Counted from the first letter of the stretch, positions 29,251 to 42,057 are shown. The stretch: 64,000 nt of DNA from Eledone cirrhosa (GCA_964016885.1 OZ024741.1:397730001-397794000); one strand, 5' to 3'. Notes: a model not told the origin generated them from the letters alone. Numbers and translations: made by a program.

Positions 29251-29589
29251 AGAACACCATGGAAAATTCTACTAAAGAAATAGCAACATGCTAATGTCGC
29301 TATTTCTAACTTTCTTCATATTAATTGTTTCTACTTTTGGCACAAGGCCAGCAATTACTCAGTGTATTACTGGTACTTTATTTTATCGACCCCGTAAGGA
29401 TGAAAGGCAAAGTTAACCTCGGCGGGATTTGAACTCAGAATGGCAAGGGCCGTAACTCTATGCGTCAAAGTATGGTGTTCAACCTTCTACCTTTCTAACT
29501 TTCTTCATATTAATGGCTTCTTAACATCTTGATACTCTCTAAATTCTAACTCTAAAGATTGTCTCAAGTGTTAAGGGTCGTAAGGCTGG

Positions 29590-29895
29590 GTCTTATCCTG
29601 GTTTCATGGCATGAAGTGACTGATAATATAAGACACCCTACTAGTCAGGATACCAGTCCATCATTAAACCTCCAGCTATTACTGGTACTCATTTTCAGCT
29701 GAGTATACTGGAGCAATGTGAAATGAAGTGTTTTGCTCAAGAACACACCACACAGCCCAAGTCCAGGAATCAAACCCACAACATTATAATTGTAAGTCCA
29801 ACACCCTTACCACTAGGACATGTACCACCAAGTCCAGGAATCAAACCCACGACATTATGATCATAAGTCCAACATTTTAACCACTAGGCCACATA
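29590..29895 (-). mobile_element. SINE variant (paralog at 55795-56040)
   Basis: Shares CTGGAGCAATGTGAAATGAAGTGTTTTGCTCAA with the 55795-56040 copy and the SINE core. The head segment is duplicated. Confidence 0.6.
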
Positions 29896-30239
29896 CCTCC
29901 ACACTTTACACTCTATATAACAGCAATATCTTCAAATAACAGACATATATTCAGTAGAATGATCTTTCCTGATTATCTCTAGCTAGCTTTGCTAATAGAT
30001 TGAAATATTGATGATGGTGGTGGTGGTGGTGTTTGTGATATTGGTGATGATGGTGGAGGTGATGGTTTGATGATGGTGATGGTGATGGTGATGATGATGA
30101 TGATGGAGGTGGTGGTTGTGATGGTGATGGTTATGATGACGGTGGAGGTGGTGGTTGTGATGGTGGTGGTGGTTTGATGATGGTGATGGTGGTGATGATT
30201 GTGACGACGATGATGATGGTTATGATGATGATGCAATAG

Positions 30240-30371
<132 letters not shown>

Positions 30372-30809
30372 TAAGTTTCTACAGTATTTGGCCCTTAGGT
30401 GTGTTATCTACTCTTGGGTCCCAAATAATGGTGGGGGGGGGGTAATTTTTCTAGGTCATCTGCATTGATTTTTTTAAAACCAGAATTAGTCGTTTAGTTT
30501 ACATATTGAGACCCCAACCCATCCTATATATTTTATAGTGTATGAGATTTCTAGTAATGTACTTTTTTTTTTGTCAAGAGCATGAGGATGATCTCATCTT
30601 CATTTCAAAGATGACTGCAGGAGGGATTGAAGATCAGGACCCCCAGAGATGGGAGGAGGCTGCTAATCATCATCCATGATGGAGATGAGTACTGCACAAG
30701 GGGGTGGAACAAGGGGAGGAGAAACTGAAACTTGCCTCCGAGGAAAAGTGTGCTTGGAAAAAGAACAACACAGTAACACCAGAGGAGAGCAGCTTGAAAT
30801 GCAGTTGCT

Positions 30810-31770
30810 GTATACAGGACTGCCACTCCTGTGTGGGTCTGTACAGCCACAAATAGTACTGCCATTCCTGTGTGGGTCTGTACAGCCACAGCAGTACCAG
30901 AGGAGGGCATCTACCAATATAGTCTCTGTATACACGACTGCCACTCCCGTGTGGGTCTGTACAGCCACAGCAGTACCAGAGGAGGGCATCTACCAATATA
31001 GTCTCTGTATACACGACTGCCACTCCCGTGTGGGTCTGTACAGCCACAGCAGTACCAGAGGAGGGCATCTACCAATATAGTCTCTGTATACACGACTGCC
31101 ACTCCCGTGTGGGTCTGTACAGCCACAGCAGTACCAGAGGAGGGCATCTACCAATATAGTCTCTGTATACACGACTGCCACTCCCGTGTGGGTCTGTACA
31201 GCCACAGCAGTACCAGAGGAGGGCATCTACCAATATAGTCTCTGTATACACGACTGCCATTCCTGTGTGGGTCTGTACAGCCACAGCAGTACCAGAGGAG
31301 GGCATCTACCAATATAGTCTCTGTATACACGACTGCCATTCCTGTGTGGGTCTGTACAGCCACAGCAGTACCAGAGGAGGGCATCTACCAATATAGTCTC
31401 TGTATACACGACTGCCACTCCCGTGTGGGTCTGTACAGCCACAGCAGTACCAGAGGAGGGCATCTACCAATATAGTCTCTGTATACACGACTGCCACTCC
31501 CGTGTGGGTCTGTACAGCCACAGCAGTACCAGAGGAGGGCATCTACCAATATAGTCTCTGTATACACGACTGCCACTCCCGTATGGGTCTGTACAGCCAC
31601 AGCAGTACCAGAGGAGGGCATCTACCAATATAGTCTCTGTATACACGACTGCCACTCCCGTATGGGTCTGTACAGCCATAGTAGTACTAGAGGAGAGCTT
31701 CTACAAATGCAGTCACTGTATACAGGACTGCCACTCCTGTGTGGGTCTGTACAGCCACAGCAGAAACTGC
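30810..31770. repeat. 79-bp tandem array (~11-12 units)
   Basis: Unit CAGCCACAGCAGTACCAGAGGAGGGCATCTACCAATATAGTCTCTGTATACACGACTGCCACTCCCGTGTGGGTCTGTA. ORF starts recur every 79 nt. Confidence 0.95.
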
Positions 31771-32576
31771 ACCACCGTCAGCAGCTGACACAAAATTCTC
31801 CAGGTGCAGATCCATGGTTTTTCGAGACCAATGGATGCCAATAATAATAATAATGTTTTTTAATGTCTTTAAAAAATTGTCACAGGAATGCTGCCACTTA
31901 AAATAAAATTTCACCAGAGAGATTAGCAAAATTTTAATAAGCAGGGAGTGGGGCATGGAAAAAATCTTGAGGGTGGGGATTATTCAAGACCCGAGAGTAT
32001 GTTTACACAATATTTGGGTCTTATGTTGTATTATGTAAGTTTCTATAATATTAGGGCTGTAGGTTGTATTTTGTAAGGGTTTGTGTGTGTGTGACTATCT
32101 GTATGTGTATTTTTGTGTCTTTGTGTTTCTGTGTGCATGTCAGTGTGAGTGTGTCTGTGTCAGTGTGTATCTCTGTGTGTATCTCTGTGTGTGTCTCTGT
32201 GTTTGTGTCTGTGTGTTTGTGTCTGTATGAGTGTGTCTGTGAGTAGTTAAATGCTAAATTATTAATGCTTTCTGGTGTTTTTCATACTTCTTATATATTT
32301 TTCAATTATTATTATTATTATCATTTTTATTTTCTTTCATTATTGTTTCTGAGATATATGCCAGGTGTCTTCCTGACACCTAGGGCAAATAAATTCACAG
32401 TGTGCATTGGTAAGCCAGTTAATACAGCACATTGATTATAATTAAAAAAAAACAGTATACATATATACACATGTGCATATGCATATGTAAATACAAGGAG
32501 GGATATCAATCCTACAGAGATAGTGCTCTTGTCAATACGTGTGCAGTACCAGTCATTATTATTATTATTATTATGA

Positions 32577-32760
32577 GGCGGTGGATTGGCAGTATTGGTA
32601 GAGAGTCGGATGCCATGCTTTCCAGCATAGTTACGTCCCTTTACGATCTGAGTTCAAATCCCGCCGAGGTTGACTTTGCCTTTCATCCTTACGGGGTCGA
32701 TAAAATGAAGTACCAGTAATGCACTGGGATAATTGCTGGCCTTGTGCCAAAAGTAGAAAT
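32577..32760 (+). mobile_element. Second SINE family (Nin-domain-like); other copies at 29324-29490(-), 42465-42600(+), 42911-43130(-), 43148-43332(-)
   Basis: GAGTTCAAATCCC B box followed by GCCTTTCATCCTTACGGGGTCGATAAAAT-AAGTACCAG. (TAA/TTA)n tail. Multiple copies in the window. Confidence 0.7.
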
Positions 32761-32789
32761 AATAATAATTATTATTATTATCATTATTA

Positions 32790-32824
<35 letters not shown>

Positions 32825-32825
<1 letters not shown>

Positions 32826-34730
32826 CTTGAATCTCAGTCATTGATGTTGGTTAACTGGAAAGTCCGTTGGAATGAATATCAAGCCTCTACCTGTAGCCTC
32901 AGATATTCAGGACGTATCGGAGGGTTCTTGCTGTTCCCAGCAAGCATGCCTTTTGAAGCGTTCCAAAAAGCGTGAAGGGGCCGATTTTCTTTAACCATCC
33001 CTGGAAACTTTTGGAGATAGTCCCCAGTGCGCCTATGACAATCGGGATCACTTTGACTTCATGGCAGTTCCAAATCCTTTTAACCTCCCACTTTAAGTCT
33101 TGGTATCGGTTAATTTTCTCCCTCTCCTTCTCTTGCACTCTCGTGTCGAATGGGCAGGTCACATCCACAATCAGACACGCTCTTTTTTCTTTGTCCACAA
33201 CTACCAGGTCAGGTCTATTGTGTTCCAGTTTCTTGTCCGTCTGTATCCTAAAATCCCACAGCACCTTCACCTGATCGTTCTCCATCACCGCCTCTGGCCT
33301 ATGCTCATACCATTTCTCAGAATGTGGTAAATTGTTTACTTTGCACAGGTGCCAGTGGATCACCCTGCCCATCACATCATGTCTCCAGCCCTTATAGTGG
33401 GTCTGGGCTAGGTGTTTACACTCGGATACAATGTGAGCCACAGTCTCCTCTCTCTCTCCACAGATCCTGCACAGTGGGCTAGCCTCCTCCTTGTAAATAT
33501 GGTGTTTCAACCACTTCGTTTTGAGGGCCTGCTCCTGCGCAGCCATTAACATTCCTTCTGTAGCCTTTTTGAGGTCTCCTCTTCTCAACCAGTTCCATGT
33601 CTGTGGATCTCTAAATTCAGTTTTCTCAAAGAAGGTACTATGAAGGGATTTTCCCTGAAGGCTGCTCTTTCTCCTTGATGTTATTTCCTCCTTGGACATC
33701 CCCTGGCCTACTGTCCCCTCCTTCAGTACAGTTCTGAGCATTGGCTCCTTACTATCAGTCACGTATTTGTATAGGTTGTTTTTCTCCATCTGAACACAGT
33801 CCTCTATGCTGATAAGACCTCTTCCACCCTCAGATCTCCTTAAGTAGAGTCTATCGACATCACTCCTCTTGTAGAACATGTTGTAGATAGTCAATAGCTT
33901 CCTAGTCTTCCTATCCATTTCTTTTTGTTCAGCAACATTCCATCTCAGAATTCCCGCACTGTACCTAATAATAGACACAGCTCGGGAATTTACTGCGCTT
34001 ATGGGATTTCTGCTGTTCAGATGTGACTTCAATACGCTCCTTACTCTCCGTATGTATTCAGTTCTTAACAATTCCTTCATTTTTTTGTTCTTTATGCCAT
34101 CAGCCTCCAGAACGCCCAAATACTTGTATCCTTCCTCAGAGTCAATTTCCTTTATCATCTCACCTGTTAGTATCTGGATTCCGTTACTTCTGCTCAACCT
34201 ACCCCTCCTCATCACAATGACTCCACACTTACTAATACCAAACTGCATACATATATCACTGCTGAAAATGCGGACAGTGTCAACAAGCACATCCAACTCC
34301 TTTTCACTTTTCCCGAAGAGCTTAAGATCGTCCATGAAGAGGAGGTGATTGATGGTAAGCTCTCCCTTTCCCAACTTGTATCCTGCTCTCACTTTTCGCA
34401 GCATAATGGTCAAGGGCATCAGGGCAAGGACAAACAACAGAGGGGACAGGCTATCTCCCTGGAAGATACCTCTCTTGATCTTCACGCTTCCCAAGGATTC
34501 TCCAGTTGATGTCAACTCTGTCTCCCAGGACCCCATACTCCTGCCCAGCAACTGTCTGATGTTATCTGCCACCTTGAAGATCTCCAGGCTTTTGGTGATC
34601 CAAGAGTGAGGCACCATGTCAAATGCCTTTCTGTAGTCTATCCATCCCATGGCAAGATCAGTGTGTCTCCTCCTGCAATTCCCCATTACCATCTTATCAA
34701 TAAGTAACTGGTCCTTTGTACCACGTGACT
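32825..34730 (-). mobile_element. R4/Dong-clade non-LTR retrotransposon (RT + CCHC + restriction-like endonuclease), 5'-truncated
   Basis: Open 597-aa frame with [55 protein letters not shown]...DVTCP and EKINRYQDL. Flanked on both sides by (TTA)n. Confidence 0.9.
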
Positions 34731-34741
34731 TCTTCTTCTTC

Positions 34742-34788
<47 letters not shown>

Positions 34789-34805
34789 TCTCCCTCTTCC
34801 ATCAG

Positions 34806-35081
34806 CTATGCCTTACTGGTGGGGCGACCACCATTTCAGACGTCTACCCTGACGGAGACGTACGTTCGTATTATTGCCAATACATACACCATTCCATCAA
34901 ACGTATCTCCACTAGCTCAGAAACTCATTAAACGATGTTTACATGCCCAGCCAGCAATGAGGCCTTCATTAGATGAAATTGCTGCTGATGAATTCTTCAC
35001 CTGTGGTTATATTCCAAAATCATTGTCCCCTACTTTTTGTTTATCAACCCCTAAATTCTCTGATCATCCAAAACCCACAAG
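34806..35081 (+). CDS. PLK2: Polo-like kinase exon D, kinase C-lobe
   Basis: cttccatcag acceptor. Encodes [27 protein letters not shown]...[24 protein letters not shown]...PKPT. Ends AG|GTAAGA (phase 2). Confidence 0.92.
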
Positions 35082-35176
35082 GTAAGAAAAAATATCAACT
35101 ATTTTTTTTTTCTTATGAATTTTCTTTAAAAAATTTTTTAATTATTGTTATACTATGGCACCCTGGTTCAAGAACA

Positions 35177-36192
35177 TCTATGGGTATCTGGTTTGCTATA
35201 GGTACACTGTATCCCTGTGTGTATCTGGTTTACTATAGGTACACTGTATCCCTGTGGGTATCTGGTTTACAATAGGTACACTGTATCCCTGTGTGTATCT
35301 GGTTTACTATAGGTACACTGTATCCCTGTGGGTATCTGGTTTACAATAAGTACACTGTATCCCTGTATATCTGGTTTACTATAGGTACACTGTATCCCTG
35401 TGGGTATCTGATTTACTATAGGTACACTGTATCCCTGTGGGTATCTGGTTTACTATAGGTACACTGTATCCCTGTGGGTATCTGGTTTACTATAGGTACA
35501 CTGTATCCCTGTGTGTATCTGGTTTACTATAGGTACACTGTATCCCTGTGGGTATCTGGTTTACTATAGGTACACTGTATCCCTGTGGGTATCTGGTTTA
35601 CTATAGGTACACTGTATCCCTGTGGGTATCTGGTTTACTATAGGTACACTGTATCCCTGTGTGTATCTGGTTTACTATAGGTACACTGTATCCCTGTGGG
35701 TATCTGGTTTACAATAGGTACACTGTATCCCTGTGTGTATCTGGTTTACTATAGGTACACTGTATCCCTGTGGGTATCTGGTTTACAATAAGTACACTGT
35801 ATCCCTGTATATCTGGTTTACTATAGGTACACTGTATCCCTGTGGGTATCTGGTTTACTATAGGTACACTGTATCCCTGTGGGTATCTGGTTTACTATAG
35901 GTACACTGTATCCCTGTGGGTATCTGGTTTACTATAGGTACACTGTATCCCTGTGTGTATCTGGTTTACTATAGGTACACTGTATCCCTGTGTGTATCTG
36001 GTTTACTATAGGTACACTGTATCCCTGTGGGTATCTGGTTTACTATAGGTACACTGTATCCCTGTGGGTATCTGGTTTACAATAGGTACACTGTATCCCT
36101 GTGGGTATCTGGTTTACTATAGGTACACTGTATCCCTGTGGGTATCTGGTTTACTATAGGTACACTGTATCCCTGTGGGTATCTGGTTTACA
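35177..36192. repeat. 37-bp tandem array (~27 units)
   Basis: Unit GGTATCTGGTTTACTATAGGTACACTGTATCCCTGTG. Confidence 0.95.
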
Positions 36193-36549
36193 AGAATATT
36201 TATTAGCTAGTAGAATATTTATTAATCAAATATTAAGCTACAGTAACATTGGGAAAGGCATGAAGGCCTTAGCCTCACATTTTTTTTCCTCTATAAATCT
36301 TAAGCTTCAAGTATAAAACAGCATAACTTCCCTACCTACAACCACCCATAACAAAATGTCAGCCTGACAAACTGTAGAAGTAGCAATTCCTCACCAAAAT
36401 CCAATGTGTGAAATCAACAGATGAGAATGTTGTGAATTGAACCAAATTTTATATATAACAACTCGTCCCTTGGACTGAGTGCTCTGTCAACTTTGAATAT
36501 AAATTTTTTTTCATGAAATTCACTACACATCACTATATATATATATATC

Positions 36550-36712
36550 TATCTAGGGCGGGTAAAACTCCCGAGATCCATGGACGAGTTCTCTCCAGCG
36601 GTCTCTGTTCCTCATTATCACTGCTATGTCCTGCGTCTCCAACAGACCAGTGTCTGTCCTTAGGGTATCAACATGTGTTAACCTCAGTCTTCCTCTTCCA
36701 GTGAGTCCATGC
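36550..36712 (-). mobile_element. Short RTE-like 3' end (second copy at 44238-44395)
   Basis: Minus-strand remnant GRGRLRLTHVDTL...DRWRE. Two dispersed copies, both TA-flanked. Confidence 0.55.
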
Positions 36713-36759
36713 ATATATAACTCCCAGTGTGTCCATGTATATATAACTTTGATAACTTT

Positions 36760-37185
36760 GATAGGTTTCAGTCAGTATAGGCCCAGGCCATGTCTAACTT
36801 ACTAACACCACCTGGCGAAGTCTTTCAAATCAGGATTTGGACACCATAGCCCACTCAAGTAGAGAGTTATTGTTTACGGAGACATATGCAGGTGTAGGAG
36901 GTTTATCTGGGATTTATTGAAGGAATTTGTTTAAAGACTTTTTGAATTTAATGGGATCTGTTTCTGTTTTAATGTGTTTTGGTGTAATGTTAAAGAGAAC
37001 AGGGCCAATTGAGGTGAAATAATTGTGCTGTATTGTTGTTATGACATGTGAGTTTGATTTTTGTTGTGGGTGGATAACAAGGGGCCTAAGCCTTAAAAGG
37101 TGATGCCAACATCATTTGGACATTGCTGATGGAATATTTTCCATATTATACAGATAATGTAGCATTCATGACAGCATTGACGAGA
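36760..37185 (-). mobile_element. Degenerate LINE 3' fragment (CR1/Jockey-like)
   Basis: Minus-strand remnant ...NYFTSIGPVLFNITPKHIK...FKKSLNKFLQ*IPDKPPTPAY...NNSLLEW, a typical LINE ORF2 C-terminus. Clade uncertain. Confidence 0.55.
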
Positions 37186-37349
37186 ATATATATATATAAA
37201 ACAATCAGTTCCCATAAGAGCAAGACAAAGTCACCTGACCTAACATTGCCCACAACAGGACAACCTGTCTAACCCATGCTAGCGTGGAAGAATGGACGTA
37301 AAACGATGATGATGATGATGATGACATATATATATATACATATATATAT

Positions 37350-37430
<81 letters not shown>

Positions 37431-37434
<4 letters not shown>

Positions 37435-37961
37435 GCAGGGCGATAAAAATAGACGGTAGCCACGGAGTAGGCAGACCCAGAAAAACCTGGGACGACTTGA
37501 TAAATTCCGACCTCACACACTTACACCTCTCTAAGACAATGTCACTGGACCGAGATCTTTGGTGGTACACAGTAATACAGAAGACCTGCCTTGCCTAAGT
37601 ACAAAGCGAAACCTACAGTCAGTAGGCACCTCTAACAAAAATATATCCCCGTCCCACTACCCCCACCCCATCCAGACCACCTCTTTCAATGTAAAGTTAT
37701 GTTGGTACCAGAACATCCAGGCCGAAACAAATGAGGTCGTGTAGGTGTCATGACAAAAAAACACACAGTCCATGCTATAATGTGGGCGTGTAGGTAACAC
37801 GGTAAAAACCTCCCAGTCCACACTGTAAACGTGGTTGGTGTTAGGAAGGGCATCCAGCCGTAGAATACCCGCCAGACAGTCCTGAGCAAGACAACCAATC
37901 TTGCCTCAAGTGGAAAAATTCTCGTCCAAACCCATGCAAGCGTGGAAGATGGACGTTAAAC

Positions 37962-37993
<32 letters not shown>
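37431..37993 (+). mobile_element. RTE-clade LINE 3' fragment (subfamily B)
   Basis: Encodes [27 protein letters not shown], then a 3' UTR and (GAT)n tail. Confidence 0.85.
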
Positions 37994-37994
<1 letters not shown>

Positions 37995-38025
37995 ACATAC
38001 ATTCATACATACATGCATACATATA

Positions 38026-38056
<31 letters not shown>

Positions 38057-38070
38057 ACATACATACATAC

Positions 38071-38405
38071 ATGGCTTAGTGGTTAGAGCATTGGCCTTGC
38101 AATCGAAAGGTTGTGAGTTCAATTCTCAGATCGGGTGATGTGTTGTTTCCTTGAGCAAGACACTTTATTTCACATTGCTCCAGTTTACTCAGCTGTAGAA
38201 ATGAGATGATAGGGACTGGGGTCCCTATCATTCCACTGTAAAGTGGTCGTGGAGATGCCACGGCAAAAAAAGCACCCAGCACTCACTGTAAATGAGGTTG
38301 GTGTTAGGAAGGGCATCCAGCTGTAGAAATCAAGCCAGAATCAGTTCCCATCCCACCCTTGCAAGCAGGGAAAAGTGGACGTAAAAGGAAATGATGATGA
38401 TGATG
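38071..38405 (+). mobile_element. tRNA-derived SINE, full length, with RTE-like 3' tail
   Basis: TGGCTTAGTGG and GTTCAATTC boxes, CCTTGAGCAAGACACTT core, a tail shared with the RTE LINE 3' UTR, and a (GAT)n end. Confidence 0.8.
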
Positions 38406-38656
38406 ATATATATATCCCCCACTCTCAAGCGTGAAATTAATATTAACATTTGTACTGCATCTTCGCTTCCACGTTGTTTTTTTGTTGTTTTTTGTTTACT
38501 ATCTCAACTATAAAAATATATATATATATCATCATCATCATCATCATCATTGCTTATCGTCCATTTTCCAAGCTAGCATGGGTTAGACAGGTTGTCCCAT
38601 TTGAGGTAAGTTGGATCAGGTGATCGTAAGTTACTCATACAGAACTATTTAAAAAA

Positions 38657-38722
<66 letters not shown>

Positions 38723-39029
38723 CGGGGGAGATAACAGATGCACTCTAATAATTGCCCAAATATTTTTTTGAAGTGCCAGTGTGTTAGTGTGACACAGTTT
38801 TATGTCAAACAATTGAAGTAGCTTTACAATTGCACATGTGTAATTATACGTTAACTTAGAGATCACGAATATATTAGTTCCTTTCTAAGACAATATCAAT
38901 GCAATTAGATAAGCTAAACGTAATCAGCTGTCTACATTACACAACTAACGACACTATTCTAATTATTACAGTTTCAATTACAAACACGTTTCTTTAGATT
39001 AGCTATGTATGTATGAGTGGGTGTGTGTG

Positions 39030-39069
<40 letters not shown>

Positions 39070-39180
39070 TACATGTACACCCAACCACATATATATACAC
39101 ACACACATATATATATATATATATGTATACTCATATATATATATACACACACACACACATATATATATAGAGATATATAT

Positions 39181-39255
<75 letters not shown>

Positions 39256-39396
39256 GTCTGTTTTATATTTTCTCCTTGACCAGTGACCTGTGGCAAGTCT
39301 GTCATATGTATTTTCTAGCCAATCAAATAAATGATTGGTTTCTTGGTGGTGAGATGTAGTTTAGTATTTTACATTCTTGTGTCTTTCTTTACACAG

Positions 39397-39484
39397 ACCG
39401 ATGTCTTACGCTGACCTTGATAACCAAGTAGACAATGTCAATGTCATTACCAACACTTTACATAAGATGAAAGCTGATTGGGAG
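39397..39484 (+). CDS. PLK2: Polo-like kinase linker exon E
   Basis: Pyrimidine tract plus acacag acceptor. Open frame (R)PMSYADLDNQVDNVNVITNTLHKMKADWE, GTAAAA donor. Phase 2-0 fits the neighbouring exons. The linker is poorly conserved, so support is from splice sites and phase only. Confidence 0.7.
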
Positions 39485-39489
39485 GTAAA

Positions 39490-40150
39490 ACATCTTCTTT
39501 GCCACCTTCGTTGTCTTCTTCTTTGTTCCTCCTTTGTCTTCTTCTTCTTCTTTGCCTTCTTCGTTGCCTTCTTTTTTGCCTTCATTGCTTTCTTCTTCGT
39601 TGCCTTCTTCTTCATTGCTTTCTTCATCTTTGCCCTCTTCTCCTCCCCCTTCTTCTTGTTCTTCGCCCTCTTTTTCCTGGGAGGGTCCTGGGGAGTCCTC
39701 AAACACTCCCTCTAGCAGGTCCTGTCAGAAGCAACTATCTCCAACTGATCCTGCTGGATCCCCAAATGAGACCAGCTAAGTTTATCGATGTTATCCAACC
39801 ATCTTGCTCTGGGTCTACCCTTGGCTCTCCTGCTGGTTGGTTTTGCCTGTAAAATCTGTCTTGCAATTCTTTCCTGAGACATTCTAACCACATGCCCGTA
39901 GTATCAGAGCTGTAATCTCTCAATTCGGAGAAGTAGCGGGTCTAACTGGAGTGACTCTCTGATCTCTGAGCTACACACTATCGTGTAACGTTACTCCAAA
40001 GATCCTTTGGAGGAACCCCATTTTGACCACTTGTATTTGTGATCATATTCTTTTGGTCATTACCCATATTTCATGACCATAGGTAAGGGTTGGCACTAAT
40101 ACTGAATTGAAGATAATGAGTTTGGCTTTTATACCTACCTCTCTTCTTCT
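39490..40150 (-). mobile_element. Degenerate RTE-type LINE 3' fragment (different family) with expanded (GAA)n tail
   Basis: Minus-strand remnants ...VLVPTLTYGHEIW... and ...YYGHVVRM...RRAKGRPRARW. TTC-rich tract at 39490-39670. Confidence 0.7.
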
Positions 40151-40304
40151 GAGGAGTAATGTGCCAACTTCATCATTTGGTAAAACAGTTCTTCATATCT
40201 TATTTCTACTATTTAATCTATTGTTCTACTGAAGTATACAATAATGAAAGTATTTTTAAAAGGGATTCAAAGCTGATTGGAAGGTAAAAGAGTAAAAAAA
40301 AAAC

Positions 40305-40632
40305 CTTCGGTCATGGATGACCATGGGATTTGCACCTGGAAAGTTCCACCTACAAGGCACAGGTCTGGGCAATGTTTATTTGTGGAAGACCAAACAGTTG
40401 CCCATGTAAACCAGTCTCCTCTCTCCATGCCACTGATGTTGTCCAAGAGAAAGGCAATGACCGATACAGCTTGGCACCAGTGACGTCGCAACTCATTTCT
40501 ACAGCTGAGTAAACTGGAGCAACGTGAAATAAAGTGTCTTACTCAAGGAAACAACACATCATCCGATCTGAGAATCAAACTCACAACTTTTCAATTGCAA
40601 GCCCAATGCTCTAACTACTAAGCCATGCGCCT
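40305..40632 (-). mobile_element. tRNA-derived SINE with a different 3' region
   Basis: Same head and core on the minus strand. A paralogous copy is at 63662-63980. Confidence 0.75.
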
Positions 40633-40982
40633 TCACCAAGCCACATATAACTACAACATATTGTGATATTATTTTCTCCCATTGCTATAAACTACATATA
40701 ACTACAACAGCACCAACAAATCAATGTATGGTATGATGGACTCTTAATCACACCATTTCAGTATTTTAAATTGAAAGTTTTTCAGAAATATTGTTTTATT
40801 AGATTGTATATTGGCGGCAATGTATTTGTTTTACAAGGTTTTTGATGTGAAATTGTGTGTTGAAACAGATATTGTTATATTTGGGGAGAGTCATGTTGTC
40901 CTAATATTGACAAAATAGGAAAACACACTCACTGTTTGGTTTGGTTTTCACTTTAGTTTCAGTATATTTTTTTATATTTCTA

Positions 40983-41241
40983 CTAGCAAAAGAGCCCATC
41001 GTTGCTGGGCACACCTTTTGCCACTGTAAATAAAGACCCCCTCACTTCTCAACCATGGCCATCTTTAATTAGCCCCAGAACTCTGCTATTTTAGGGGAGA
41101 GAAAGATTTAAACTATATGTTGACATGCTTTGGGAGCTAAATAGCCTATGTATCAAATTTGAACAAAATCAGATTGAAACTAGAAATGCATCAACTGCAT
41201 ACAAACAGACAGACAGGCATTTTAGTTTTTATATATAGAGA
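40983..41241 (-). mobile_element. Non-autonomous Helitron
   Basis: Minus strand A|TCTCTATATATAAAAAC...(CTGT)n...GCCCA-loop-TGGGC hairpin...CTAG|T. Canonical Helitron termini at an AT site. Confidence 0.75.
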
Positions 41242-41390
41242 TAAATAATCTAGCTGGCAATCAATGTTGACCAACACTTAAAAATATGAATATAAATATA
41301 ATTTCTCAAAGTTCTTTTGTCACACATTTTCTTGTGACATCTTCAATTATTATTGTGTTTCTATATTTGTATGTTCAATTCCTGTTTTAG

Positions 41391-41466
41391 GTAACTGGAC
41401 AGAGACATGAGCACAAAGCAGTTTGTGATAATTTAGTGCCAACATCATCTAACAATCGACACTTCG
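41391..41466 (+). CDS. PLK2: Polo-like kinase linker exon F
   Basis: cctgttttag acceptor. Encodes VTGQRHEHKAVCDNLVPTSSNNRHF, ends G|GTAATA. Phase 0-1 bridges exons E and G. Confidence 0.65.
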
Positions 41467-41499
41467 GTAATACTTAGAAACCATTCTTTTGTTTTAATT

Positions 41500-41780
41500 G
41501 TAACATTATTGTGTAACACACTTGTGCAACATTCTTGTGTAAGATACTTGTATACCATTCTTGCATAACAATATTGTGTAACATTCTTGTGTACCATACT
41601 TGTGTAACACTCTTGTGTAACACTCTTGTATAACACACTTGTGTAACACTCTTGTGTAACACTCTTGTGTAACACTCTTGTATAACACACATGTGTAACA
41701 CACTTGTGTAACACTCTTATGTAACACTCTTGTATAACACACCTGTGTAACACTCCTTTGTAATGTTTCTGTGTAACGTT
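41500..41780. repeat. 14-bp tandem array
   Basis: Unit TGTGTAACACTCTT, degenerate at the edges. Confidence 0.9.
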
Positions 41781-41840
41781 CTTCTAACAATTTGGCCCTT
41801 CATCTTTCTGGGGTTGTTTTTTAAATGATAAGTACCAATC

Positions 41841-42011
41841 AGGAACTAACGAGAGTGGGGACATAATATCTAATTAATCCCTCATCAAGAACTAACGAGA
41901 GTAGGGACATAATATCTAATTAATCCCTCATCAAGAACTAATGAGTGTGGGGACATAATATCTAATTATTCCCTCATCAAGAACTAACAAGAGTGGGGAC
42001 ATAATATCTAT
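41841..42011. repeat. 46-bp tandem repeat (~3.7 units)
   Basis: Unit AAGAACTAACGAGAGTGGGGACATAATATCTAATTAATCCCTCATC. Confidence 0.9.
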
Positions 42012-42057
42012 TCCGTCACAAACATCTAAAGTTTGTAACCTTGTACCTATGTTGTGA

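Noticed and set aside
30605-31679. Series of 78-aa ORFs MPSSGTAVAVQ...
   Set aside because: Frame-rotating translations of the 79-bp tandem unit.
39406-39706. Histone H1-like Lys-rich and Glu-rich ORFs
   Set aside because: Derived from the expanded (GAA)n tail of a LINE fragment.
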